Assembly (NCBI GenBank): GCA_030248215.1
Contig: JASANG010002430.1
Coordinates: forward strand, 186,001-250,000
DNA length: 64,000 nucleotides
Direction: 5' to 3'
Source: Enoplolaimus lenunculus
Taxonomy: Eukaryota
The notes beneath the pieces are model-generated. The model made no database searches, had not been told where the DNA came from, and saw only the letters and a list, made by a program, of their open reading frames with translations. The translations under genes and the position numbers were made by a program. Shown here one piece after another: positions 1-12,952 of this stretch. Each line of letters starts with the position of its first letter. The stretch's first letter is position 1.

Positions 1-3000
1 GAAAGAAAGAGCGTACAACTAAACATGGCTACTACAACCTTAAAGCTCTCGAAATACGGTCGTGAAGACAGCATTGGTCAGTAAAGAAAACAAAAGGCTT
101 TCTCTCTCTCAGTGTGTGTCCCCTACAATATAAAGCAGAGTCTATAAAACCTCAATGTCAAACCTGATAACTATAAGCTTTAGAATTGTACTCGTACTAT
201 ATATATACATATATACACATGTACTATATAGTGTATAGTATACAGATTATGTATACAGACGTCAATAGGTAAACAAAGGGGTGTCGTAGTCAGGATTTCA
301 TTTCTACAGGACATAATCCTTATGAAAACGTTTGTTCTGAGCAAGCGTAGCAAGCGGTAATAATTTTGGCTTTGAATGCTTCCGAACGAATTTCGAAATT
401 CTCAGATTTTGGCAAAACTTAGGATTAAGCTGAGCGTCTTAGGCTTAAGGTTGAAGGGGAAAGTGCACAAATGGCCGCTGATTTGACCACAAGGTTATTC
501 TTAAATCATAAGTGTTTTTTCTTTCGCTCCAAAAATTATGAAGGGAATTATCGGTATATCCCCTTGTGCATGTATACGTCCCTGATATATACCTCAATTT
601 ACATATATACAAATATACACGCATACATACTTATGTATGACATTTCAGCTTTATATACATAAACTCACTATCGCCAGTCTAAATATAGTAATGGTGCTAA
701 AACCGAAAACCAAACCTTGGACACGTCGTGAAAGCTAGAAACCTCTACCCTCTTTTGCATTGGCGGATTCAAAGGGGGTGGCGCCGCACCCTAGCCACCT
801 TATTCCATAAAACATTTAGTAATAACGGGTTAAGCACTAAAATAGCGCTTGACTTTTCTCTTGCTTCGCTTGGTAATTTTTATTATATCTCATGCGATCC
901 CGATTTCTGGAATTTCTGAATCTGCCATTGCTCCTTTGCTAATATGCGGCACAGTCACATTGAAGATGACGTATATAAGTATGTATATATAGGGGTATGT
1001 ATGAAACTACTTTTGAGCATAAGCGTCGTAGACAGGCTAGTAGCCGGCTCAACATGTAAGGAAACGGCGAAGGAAGCAAAAAATTTCATGAGGGGTACAG
1101 ATGGAATTTAAGTTAACTATACAAGTGAACCTTAACCTTTTCAAGGGACGGCTGCACATGCATGCATGGCCGCACTCAGGGTACTAGCCTACACTGGTAT
1201 ACAAGACGTTCAAACAGCGGATATATGTTTGTCTATAAATACCTAGCTAGATCATAATATTTAACACTTACAGGCTTTAGAATTATAACCTACTGCGTTG
1301 CAGGGTTTAAATTTTTTTCGCTCACTCGGCTCATTCGTAAAAATCTTTCTTTGAAGTTAAACCCTTTCGAAAAAGACACCCTGCTAGGAGCTCTGGTACG
1401 TATGTATGTATGTATGTATGCACTGGTATGTTTGCACATAATTCTAGTTAGATACTACCATAGATAGCGTCAGGAGCGTATACAATGGAGGATAGCGGGA
1501 GCGATCCCTCGAAAATTATGATAACTCGAACAAAGGCAGTTTTAAGTGATGTAGACTAACCTGCAAAAATCAAAAAATTTTATTGCTTGCTACGCTACGC
1601 TGGTATAAAATTTTTGACGCGGTTATCCCCTTTTCGAAATGAGATCCTGGCTACGCACCTGGCTTCGGGGGAGGGAGGCAGACGAATAAGCGCAGGCTAT
1701 TAGGCTGTGGTGAAATCGACTAAGATTCTGACCAGGAGCCATGCAAGGTTTGTATGTCGCTTGAAGTCTTAACTATGGGGCAATTAGCGGTGTGGCATAT
1801 GTGAGATTGATGTGTTGTGACAGAATTTGGCCCTCCGCCCAGGGGCGGAGACATGGCCATGGAACTTTATGAGGAATATATATTCCCATGAACTCCCAGG
1901 GGATAGAAGAAGCAAGACAAAAGAAGTTTGAACAGGATTCAGAAAAAAGTTTTACGTGAAATTCTCTTCTCCAAGCGCAGAAAAACAAAACATCTTTTAA
2001 ACTATTATGCTTCAATGCCAATTTTCCGTTTGGTTTTAGTTTTATTTTGAAAAATTCGTTTACACCCTCCCGGTGCCTGAAGATGAAAAATATTCAGGCG
2101 GATCCATAAATTACCCTAAAACTGGAGCCGGAATTAAATCATAAGTAGGAATTGGTTGCTCATATCGTTGCTCACAGCACCATTGTTAGCACAGTTCTTC
2201 CCTAAAAATGCCATTGGCAGGCCTCGATACATCGATTGGCCGAACGAATGTTAAAACACCCCAAATAAAACCAAATACTAGTCATTTTAAAATATTCAGA
2301 GGCTTTGAAACTATCAAATCGGTTAACGTAAATTTTTTCGTCGAAGTTAAGTACGTGACCAGGGCCTTGGTAGACGAAACGGTGCTCGGTAGCCAATATT
2401 GCGCCTGGACGCTTAACATGGGTGTCATATTTGATCGTATGAGCACCTCAATCACAAACACCGACAGAAGCGCTCGAGGTGTAGCCTTCGGCTCTGGTTG
2501 CTCGTAATGTCCACGAAGGCAGGATTAGCATTGCTCTAGCATTTCGCATGCTTCAATGGTTTCGCTAACGATGAATGGTGAATCTAAAACGATGTGGCGT
2601 TAATGTTGTAATTTTTGCTTGGCCAATACTAAGCGTTCATCCGTAGATTAAATTCATACAGTTTAGAAACAAACCCAGACGGGGGCGGCGAGGGAACGAT
2701 TCCACTGAATCCATTTTTTGACTGATAGAAGCGAAACGTTGTTTTAAAAGGTTGCAGCAGGAATGACTAGAAGCTGCAGCTTATTAAATATTAAATGTGC
2801 AAAATATAACGGACTTTGCCTTGGTAGATACCCTCATTGAGACGTTGTCATTCAATACACTTGCAGATGCCTAATGTGCACAATATGAAATTGTTGAGCA
2901 AAATTAACAGTTATAGTTTGTTTTTCCTTGTTAAGTTTTAAGCTTTTGCACTTGTGACCATGTAATTTAGTATTACTAACGTTCGTAATAGCATGATTAT

Positions 3001-6000
3001 GCTAATTAATATAGACATCGGTATCGGAAAATAAAACTTTGGAGTCGGCACATCACTATTTTTAGTTGAGTTTTGGAAATTGTACACTAACATAGCCCAC
3101 ATATTTCCAAGAAAAACGGTTAATTCTTCATTCGTTCCGTACTCCGAAATAAGAAATTATTTCGAAATAATTAATGTTAACCTCGGCACTAGCTCAAGAG
3201 TGTGCACTGCACCAACCCTGAATGAATACCGAACGAAAAATTCTTGATTTGCTAGTGTAAAAGAGTCTGAAAGTCGATTTTGGGGGCAGGCAACCATAGA
3301 CACGCAAATGTATTACCTGCCGTAAGATGATATTGAAATATGTAATAGTTTCAGTCGCGGACATTAAATATTTGAAGCGGATTTGGTTTTGGCAACGCAT
3401 TCCTTATTTTTTATCACACAACGCAGGAATAAAATGCACAAGCAAAGCACCACCCTGAACAGTTCAGCAGTATGGGTCGCCACACCAACCTGGTTTCGCC
3501 AATGTTGTGTTTGTTTTGAATTTTCCAGTAAATTTTTCTCGTACTTTAGCTTCATTGTATGTTCCTTAAATTATAAACGGTAAAAATTGTTACCTTAGAT
3601 TTATCTAAATAAGCCTTCACTGTGCTTAAGAATATTCGCCAACAAGAAGTAATTTATTTTCACAGAAACTAAGTTTAGTACACTTCTGTGTGAAACTGAC
3701 CGGGGGTCTTTTTAACGGGGTCATTTGTTTATTCGACGCTGTGTAAAAATGACCGGGGTCTCTTTTTAATGGGGGTTAATTTTTCACACGACAGTATTGT
3801 TAATATTGTACCCCCATGAGAATATGCCTGGGGGTCATTTTTAGGGGTTCGTTTTTTCATGCGACTGCGGCTCCTTCTATCAATACAAACTTGTAGTTAC
3901 ACCCAGCAGTAGATACAGGTATTTATGTCCGGGGGCTGATTGAAAAAAGTTATGAAACGCAACTGTTACTTCATACTATATGTCAATTTTCTGAGGGAAA
4001 AAATATTAAGGTAGGGAGGGACCTTATCATTTTATTGACAAAAAATTGGTGACGCTGGGGAGAACGCTTCCCCTCTGGATCCGCTAGTGGTTGCGCCAGT
4101 ACTTTAGGTTCATATTACAAGCTGAAAGTTGCCAGGGTAATTTGGGTTTGATAGCAGGCATACAAGAAAAACAGCATTGGCAAAAGCATTGGTACAAAAC
4201 CGAACACAACAAAACGTGACATAAATAACTGAAAATTGACTTTCAAATATACGCACAAAAATCATATTTTGTTCCCATACCAGCTACACCACCGCGCAGG
4301 AATTCGAAAGGGTACGTGGTATTTTTAAAATATTTGTTCAACGAAAAAGAACTGTTGAAATTGAAAATTAAATTTTTTAAAACGGAAAATACGATTTGCA
4401 TTCGGCATCCAAATTTCGATCGCGTATGCTTCGCCGAAAAAGTTGATGTTCGAAGCCCCTGTAATTGAAATCAAGCCGATGTTGTTCCCAAACTAAAATC
4501 ACTTGTGTCAGCTAAAGCTATGTTTCAGAGGCGCATTGATGAAGCGTATATAGGGCGATTGCTTATACATAGCAGAATAAAGGTTGTCGATTCTGTGTAA
4601 TTATCTTCAACGCCTTGCCTATTGGCCTCGCTTTCTTTTACGGAACCAAATTTCGAGCCTTTAAGCAGTGACAGATTCAGAATTTTTCCATGGCAGGATC
4701 TGAGATTGGCCAAGTCCACATTTTTCTCCGAGTTGAGCTCCGATGTCGACTAGTGTCAAATCCAAAAATTCCTGAGTTGGCGAGCTGGCTGGAAAAAGCT
4801 ATGAAACGCAATTTTTACTGTATGCTATAAATGTAGCAATTCTCTGACGGAGAAAAGATGTAAGATAGAAAGAAGAATTTTACAACTTCACCACAAAAAT
4901 TTTTTAACGAGGGACGGCGTACGCCTCTCCACCTCTGGATCCGCTAATAATGTCGATAAGTATTCTGCCGGCAAGCATACTATACAATGGACAAACATAT
5001 ATATCTATGTGATTACAATATTAATTAAACTTTCAAAGCTATTTATTTATATATTAATAATAACTCTCTAATTGTATTATGTTTATGCACTTTCTTTAGC
5101 TTAATTAGTTTTAACAAATACTTTCATTGCGAACATACTTCGCTGAAGTGATTGCTACACGATATGTCACCAAGCAAGTCTGCAATAACGGGGGGTACAA
5201 ACAGATTCGTCCCATCCCTGGACGAAAATGGTTTAACTGCACCAAAAAAATTGGCCAATGGTATAAAATAGAGCCGTATCAGTAGTTAAAGCGTATTCTT
5301 AAGCCTAAAGCCTAAGCCTCAGAACAAGGTAAAAATTAACCTAAAACTTAAGCTTACTCTGTTGCAGTCCCGCAGAAAAACGTTACGCCTCTGATCTTTA
5401 CAAGGCCAAACAATTTAATGACAGGAAAATATGTCTTGCTTCCTCTATCAAGAATTTTTAGTTACGGGGCTGCTTAACACAATATCCCCCAAGAAACAAT
5501 TAACCAACTTGTATATGAAGTTATCACAAATTCCCCAAATCCCACAAATCTCATTAATAGTAAGATGACAAAATTTTGTTTTCTCACATTTCGCAGTATG
5601 CCTTAGTAGATTTGAGCTGGCATATAAAAGACAGCAGCTGAAAGTTTTCGTATTAACCATTTCCCTTATGAAAATTTTTTATTTCACGAGATCACAGTTC
5701 ACGCGAGGGTTCGAACCAGGGACCTTTGTATACGAAACGTTTACGATCGCATTTCGACCTTTAATAGTTTGTTGATAAGTTGTTTCATTTTACGCTAATT
5801 TTCTGGGAAATTTCGGTAATTCTTTGTTGAAAATTGTGACAAAAGTAAAACGAAACGCGCTAAACAGATAAATTTTGCAAAATTATGCAAAATTTTATTG
5901 ATTAAATTGTCGGAACCTCCGGCAAAACTTTTACCGGAGCCGGAGGCCAATTTTCTGCCGGAGCAGGAGCCGGAGACAGACCTCCGGTTGTACCCTGATA

Positions 6001-7954
6001 AGGGTTATACAGAGTTAAATTACGCTAAACACAATTTGCACACCTGAAACCTACAATTTCTGGAAAATCTGGGATTCATTATCTTGAAAATCGGAAATTT
6101 ATTTTACAGAAATCTGATTTTCTAGAAAATCAAAAATAAACTTTCTAGAAAATAAAAAACTCATTTTCTAAGGTCAGAAATTAATTTCATAATCAGAACT
6201 TAATTTTTGAAAATATCAGAAATTTATATCTTCTAGAATATCAGAAATTCATTTTGTAGAAAATCATAGCCCCATACTCACATTCTGATATCAATGCGTC
6301 AACATATTCATATTTTCGTATATGAAACCAAAACTTTGCAAACCCATTGGCGTTCAACGGTATGGCTGGTAACGACCTCGTAAATTGTATTCAGGGTGCG
6401 CATGTAGTTGGAGTTATGGATATGTTCCCCAAAACTTTTGGGATAAGAAAAACTGCATTTAAAGTGTTTTGGAATAACATTCTGAATTTTAAAGGCAAAT
6501 AAAATCTCCTCGCTCGCTACACTTGCTCAAAATTAAATTTAATGTGAGGTTATACGTTTTCGAAATGAAACCATGGCTACGCGCTGTGTTGAATAGAACA
6601 AAAGTCAACTTACAGTCGTTTCAATATCGACTGCTTTACTTTGAAACAACATCAAGACCAGGTAGTAATTGCCAGACGGGGCGGCACTACTGTGCACCGT
6701 TTGCCCCGTGGTCCAAGTTTGTTTAATGTTATAATTTTCTACAGGTTCAAATGAAATTTTCCTAACCTATCCTGCTCACTCCATCAGCGATGACTAAAAA
6801 CTTAACCCAAGGCATCTTCGCTGCCCGGTACAAAATTTCGACCCCCAGGAATACACCTGTAGGAAGTCAAAAATGTTTCATCTCGGAAATAGCTTTGCGC
6901 TAGCTGTCATTGACCTCGCTTTGCTGTGTAGCTGAAACGACAAAGCTTTATTCAAAGTAATTTACGCCGCTAATGGGGCTTTCAAATCTTGAAAGTACAA
7001 GTAGTTGGTAGCTGAAACTTGTTCTGTGATTTAGGCCGGGGCTATTTTTCTCAAATTTGCGTAGCACCTATTACCAGTTGGTATTATGTATGGTGTATCG
7101 TTTGAAACAGTGAGTTTAACGCGTGCAGATATATATAGCATAAATTCTGCAACAAGACGAGTTTGACAACATTAGATGGATCGACGAGTTGTTGACGCGA
7201 TTAGTTATCGAGAACAAATCATTGCGAAAACTTTAAGATTTGAGCATAGTTTCCATAAACATATTTACTAACTTGCGATAGGTGCTATTCAAATCTGTGC
7301 CCCTTGGAAGCGTAACTCACAAAAAGTCAATACGATACGACTGACGCCGTACACAAGTAATGGAGCTGACAGAGCATTTGACAAAACCGAATTTTGAACC
7401 AAAACTTAATATATTATATATGTATATATATGTATATATATAGTATTGCACGAGATTGTTTTTTACGTTCAAACCATTTCGTATGGAATAGCAGGAATCG
7501 ATTAGCTTTATCATAGTGACCTGTAACGGCAATTAATATCACTTAGCCTAATATGGGTTAAGCTATACTCGCCATGCAGTGCCGTGCTGCGTGTCATATT
7601 AAAAAATTGCATAACGTCTGGCTCGTTTCGCTAGCGAGGTTTTCTTCATAGTTTTACATTACGAGTAGGAATAAACCAGGTGGATCTAGCGATCTAATAA
7701 TTTTTTCACTAATAAATTTTTTAGGGGAATATTGTAATGTAGGGACCTTATCATTTTATCACCAAAAAATTTTCTAAAGGAAAAAATTGTAAGGTACGCA
7801 ATTTATCATTTAATCACAAAAAATATCTGACGGAGGCGTACACCCCCCGCACCCCCTGTGGATCCGCTAGTGGTAGGGCCCCAAAAAATTCACTGTGTCT
7901 TTACATTCACAACTCGTTTTCGAAATATTAATTTTTTCCAATTTTATATGGTTT

Positions 7955-8243
7955 CAAGGTGTAAACGGATAATAAAGATAACGGAAACGGAAAACGGGTA
8001 TTGACAACGTGCAAATGATTACCGGGCTTTCTAAAATTTTGAAGAAAAATGGAAGGTGCGCCAAAAATTTTAAGATTAGACTATGGTTGAATATTGTAAT
8101 TTTTGTTTCAGTTCGGACAATTGCAGCCCATCTGTAATGCAAAAATGGCGAGAAATTTACGTAATTTATAACTAAGTTTGAACGTAACATTAAACGAATT
8201 TCCGGTATTTCTCTAACGGAAACGGACATCCGGTTACACCCAT
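7955..8243. mobile_element. Shorter copy of the same hAT-like family
   Basis: Shares the gtttcagttcggac..ttgcagc..agaaatttacgtaatttataact..ccggttacacc block with 36870-37030. Confidence 0.7.
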
Positions 8244-10876
8244 GTTGTATATACGTAATAAACTCATAAATTGTAAAGAATTTTAACAGGATGCAGTGTC
8301 TAACACTTAAGTAGTAATGTTATCGGTTTAGCGGTCGGAGAGTGCGCAAAGTTCGAAAATATATATGATATGATTTATGTGTAAGTAAAAAATTAATTTT
8401 TTCAAACTCATTTGAAGGGACCTATGTACCCATGGCTCTGCGTGGTTCAACGGCAAGTGTTTGAATCTTATGTATTAATTGTTAGACTGGATCAGCACCG
8501 AATACACGGGGGCGCGTAGGCCATGCACTCCAATAAAAACGGAACCTGTATTAAGACTTAGTACTGAATTGACAATTCTGAATCCGCCTCAAAGTTGGCA
8601 CAGAAGTAGGACAACTCAAATGCAAAAACTTTGCTAACTTTCTAACCGCACTATTCAGTTGTTAGAAAACTCTTATGACGAACTGGTGAGAAGGGTTAAA
8701 TACATTTGAAAATACGGCCCAAGAACACAACTGCAAACCAACGGTCTACTGTATCGGTGACAGCTGGTCAATAACGATTGAAAATTAGTTTAGTAAATTT
8801 TCTGTGAAAATAACGCTTTTCTGAAATACTACAAGATACAATTTAAAATCACAAGCTTTTGACAAAATTAACCCGGTTTCTGCCTCGGCAACATAGTTTA
8901 GAAACCGAGACCTTCTTGTGAAACGAACCACTAGTACTAAGCTAATGGCCACTAACGGATGTTAGAGGACTCCCTCGGGCAGACTTTTGATCCCCACTAA
9001 AAGATTTAACCTTGTATGCCCCTCCTGAAATTTTTAAGCCCTTCTAGCAAGGTGAGAGATGGCCACGAGCTTGCATACCTACACAATTCTAGATCACCAA
9101 CAGGGACCAAAGCCAAAGTTTAGTATTAATATTTCACAAGAAAATTGCATTTTGCTTTTCGCTCGCGGGTTTTTCACTATTATAAATCGTGTGCCTCGTC
9201 GTCAAAAAATTTCTGGATCCGTCACTACTTCGACCATATTCTGTCAGGTACCATATCTGTGTTTGCCTCCAAGGTTGTAAATACTTGTAGACAAAAGTGC
9301 GGGTACCGCGGGGTTTTCAAAACGTCCAGTGAGGGATTAATAAGCTAAATATCCATAAAATCTAATAATCCTTCAAACAAAAAGGTAGTTGAAAGAAAAT
9401 TGTTCAAGAATCTTAAAGCTTCCAACCCCCAAAACCCCTCTAACAATAGTAGTCCATGTGATGAGGTAGAAACACGATCTATGACCTAGATGCATACCCG
9501 TAGCCAGCTCACTTTGGTAGTGGGGGCTAAAATCGTTTCAGAAGGGGCATACAATGAGTTTCGATGACTGACTTATAAGCAAGATTGAAAATCTTCTAGA
9601 TGGGCCCGAAAATTCTTTCAGGGTTGGACTGAGCTTCCTTTGGCCCTGCTCTGGCCTCGCGCCCACCTTGATACAGGGCAAAACCTAAGACAGCCAATAG
9701 TATTTGCCTTAAGGCAGAAAATAAACAAACCTGGCATTGCGCTATTTCGTGCGCGGGTTTATTGCGAAGGTATTAGGAGCCAAATGACACCTACAATGAG
9801 TTTGGTTCGAAGAAACACTTCGGAGGGGGAAGCTTGGGAGAGTGGAAAAATCTGTGATAAACGCCGAATCACAAAGTAAGCGAGAACGACAAAGAGAAAG
9901 AAAACCGAACCAGTGCTGATAAAAAACGAAAGTCGGACAACCCGAAAAAAAAGTGAAAACGGTACAAATAAAAACGAAAATTGAGAAAATATATATGAAA
10001 AAACGAAAATTGTAAGAAAATGGTATAAAATATAAAAAAATGAGAGAAAATAATATAACTAAATAAACAAAATTAATGGTCTATTGAAAACAACAAAATA
10101 AATACTAGGATCGGGCCCGAAGTCACAGACTGGGTTCAGGTCCCCGTGGAAGACTTTTGAGCCCGTTTGAAAATTTTTTCAATCTTGTTTGTATGTCATC
10201 TGATACATTTATACGTGTATCATGAAAAAAAGTTTAGTCCTCCTTAGCAAACTGAGCTGTGGTATGGACCCAGTTACGAGATAAAAATAAAGTGAATATA
10301 CAAATAGAAACTTTGTGAGATTACGAAATGATCTGGCTAAGCGTCTGCTAGGACCCGGTATGAAATTTATTGGTTTTTTAAACTATCTTAGGAAAGCTAT
10401 TTCCCTAAAAAACTAGCCATACCGTTCTAGGCAATTAGAACTTTCAAGCGGGCAAATACCTAAAAGTAAACGTAATTTGGTTCGTTAAAATGGGAACTAC
10501 TAAAGAGCGCAATACTGTAGCGAAATAAAACAGATATCAAAGATTCGCTGAAATATGAGAAAAGAGCATATTTACACACCTGAGAATATAACCTACTAGA
10601 TTTTAAGGTGCGAAAATATTTCTCGCTTGCTACTATCGTTCTGAAAAACCACTTTTAACGAGGTTGGCCCCTCCTTAAGAGTCCAAAGTTTTCAACATTC
10701 CAATGCAGGTAGACGGTAAAAGGCAGAAGAAGCTAAAGGTGCACAGAAACATATATATATATAGCGTTTGCTGTTGTTTCTAGGCTTGAAAGCTATATTA
10801 CGCTATATTACATGTCTTTTATAATAAATTTTAGCCGAACCGGTCATACTTAGATGTCTGGGCCAATGTATAGAAC

Positions 10877-11080
10877 AGGGCCGTAACAATAGTGTAAGCA
10901 TATTCGTAAGTATTCCTTAGTCTACGCCTAAGCCAAAGCATAGGCGTAAGAATGAGCTTGTACCTAAGCCTAGGTTTAAGCTTAAGCCTAACCTAAGCAA
11001 AAAACATTAGCCTAAAGCTTAAGCTTACTCTATAGCAGTCCAGCCGAAAAACCGTCCACGTCTGATCTTTGCATGGACCG
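10877..11080. repeat. Representative of an abundant ~130-200 bp dispersed family with degenerate (GCCTAA/TTAGGC)n
   Basis: Shared tail gcttactctattgcagtccc.cagaaaa..ttccgcccctgatcttt at ~5290-5405, 17305-17395 (reverse), 27266-27445, 29190-29280 (reverse), 48640-48805, 50344-50473. Confidence 0.7.
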
Positions 11081-11729
11081 ATGTCTGCAAGCATACAAGG
11101 GTAGCGGCACGTTTTTAAGTTACGATTCTTGCTCGCTTAACATAATAGTGCGAACCAAAGTTTCGGGAATATTTTGCAGATAACAATGTTTTTCACACCG
11201 AAGCAGACCTGTGTGTATCTATTTTTTGACCAAATGCCAGCTTTTTTTGGAAATTTAATTTTGAAATACCAGTATTGATCGCTTTTGAATTTCCAGCTCT
11301 AACAGTTGCGCTATACTCTTTGACTATTTCAATACAATTCGGTGTCGTCCTGCACCGTTTGGCAGCGCACCTGAATAACCGTATGGTATCGCATAATAAT
11401 TTGTAAACAAAACTTTTTTGACTTTAGTGCCACCTAAAGAAGATTACATCCATGAGCGGTTTTAGGATATTGAGTTGGTGAGCGTAAGTGGGGCTTCTGA
11501 CCAGAACGTATCATAGATGAGAAGGGTTCCACCATTGGATAATTTTTTTGCTCTTAAAACCTATCTTACATAACAAATTGTTTGGGAACCACAAGTCGCC
11601 GGCGCGTAGCCTGGATTTTCATCTTGGAGAGGTCATGACAATCATTTTAAAATTGTGTGTCCCGAAGCAAAATTTAAGTTTTGTGTGGGTTCAATAAAAC
11701 GATTTAATCGCTAGATCACCCTGGTTTAC

Positions 11730-12778
11730 CTGACGTATTGTATATGTTGTTATATCGCTTTGCAGCAGTTGCATATCGGAACAACACTGCCTGTACGACC
11801 TGTGTTTGAAGTTTTGACTAACGTTAAGGATCACGCGGAAGCGAACCTCGGCCTGATTCCGGTATATGTGCACATGTATGGCCACTAGCGGATATACAGG
11901 GGGATAGGGCATACGCCCCCGGTCAGAGTTTTTTGTGATAAAATGGTAAGCTGTTTTCCTTACAATTTTAACCCTCTGAAAACTTTTTTGTAAAAAAATA
12001 CAATTTTTACCCTCCGAAATTTTTTGTGATGAAACCTTACACTATTTCCCCTTAGAAAATTATTTGGTAATAAAATAATTAGGTTAGCTTACATTTTTTT
12101 CCCAAAAAACTTTTTTGGTGATAAAACGATAAGATTCCTACCCTACAATTTTTGCCGTTCATATATAACATTTGCGAACCCACCCACCCCCGTCAGATTT
12201 TTTTGGATCCGCCTCCGAGTATGGTAATCTTTTTGCTGTAAATACACTTTACCGTGGAAATATACAGACATCGCAAAATATTCCTTGGTTCATTGATCGT
12301 AACAAGTAAAGGCTTATAAGACGCTGGACCCGCTAGATACGCGCTTAGCAATTGAGGGGTCTGACTACACCTTTCGCATGCGCATGCTTCCTGGGGCACT
12401 TTTACATTTACAATCATTGCTTACCTGTTGCTGGTACCGTTGCAATAGCCGAACCGAAGTCGAGGGCCATGTCCAACAAGGGCAACATATAATACTCCAA
12501 ACGCTAGACGGTTGAAACCGCCGATATCTGTAGTTGTAGCCTTCTCGCTCCAGAAAAGTTCTTCCCACGGTTGGTCCACGAACGCTTGTCTCGCCATAAT
12601 AGCGACGATTCGGCTGAAAAGGTCCACTGTCAGTTGTGTAGTAAAACGGATTGCTGGAAGGGCCAAAGCTTAAATCTTGTACCTCAACTGGGAGGCAAGG
12701 ATAAGGCGAATGCCGGTCGCTTGGGCTGCTACATGTTGGCTGATTGGTTAAATGGTGTGGCGACTGTTTGTATTGTAG

Positions 12779-12819
<41 letters not shown>

Positions 12820-12952
12820 CTTTTTGCTGTTGTTGTTGTAGTAGTTTTTGTTGTTGTTGTTGTTGTTGTTGTCGAAGATGTTGAAGTTGTTGGTGAGCGT
12901 GGTACGGTTGTTCCCAGAGAACTTTTGATGCATCGCTACTAGATACTATCAT
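11730..12952 (-). CDS. Partial gene of unknown function with poly-Q tract; probable exons ~12952-12425 and 11852-11730
   Basis: 195-aa ORF with (CAA)n poly-Q and IICCPCW, ending CAG|gtaagc (phase 0). The next phase-0 exon of 123 nt (AEVRFRVILNV...TTYTIRQ) is bounded by cag and gtaaac. Start and downstream exons were not resolved. Confidence 0.5.
11882..12215. mobile_element. Dispersed short element with cactagcggat...ggatccgc ends and internal 'tgataaaa..taag..ccttaca' subrepeats
   Basis: Related ends and subrepeats at ~3990-4090, ~4840-4945, ~7680-7872, ~13165-13310. Confidence 0.55.

Noticed and set aside
2290..2585. Minus-strand frame with in-frame TGA (VCD*G) suggesting a selenoprotein
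   Set aside because: No resemblance to a known selenoprotein family, no SECIS identified, and the reading frame is ambiguous.
4570..4775. G-alpha-like fragment (LTLVDIGAQ) as a downstream exon of the poly-Q gene
   Set aside because: Similarity is limited to a few residues, the frame stops soon after, and no P-loop or other G motifs were found.
7140..7236. Plus-strand coding-looking stretch ILQQDEFDNIRWIDELLTRLV
   Set aside because: Preceded by an in-frame stop, with no good acceptor or partner exons.
12571..12942. Poly-Val (+) and poly-Asn (-) ORFs
   Set aside because: Alternative frames of the (CAA/GTT)n tract; the poly-Q frame is the one that joins the next exon in phase.
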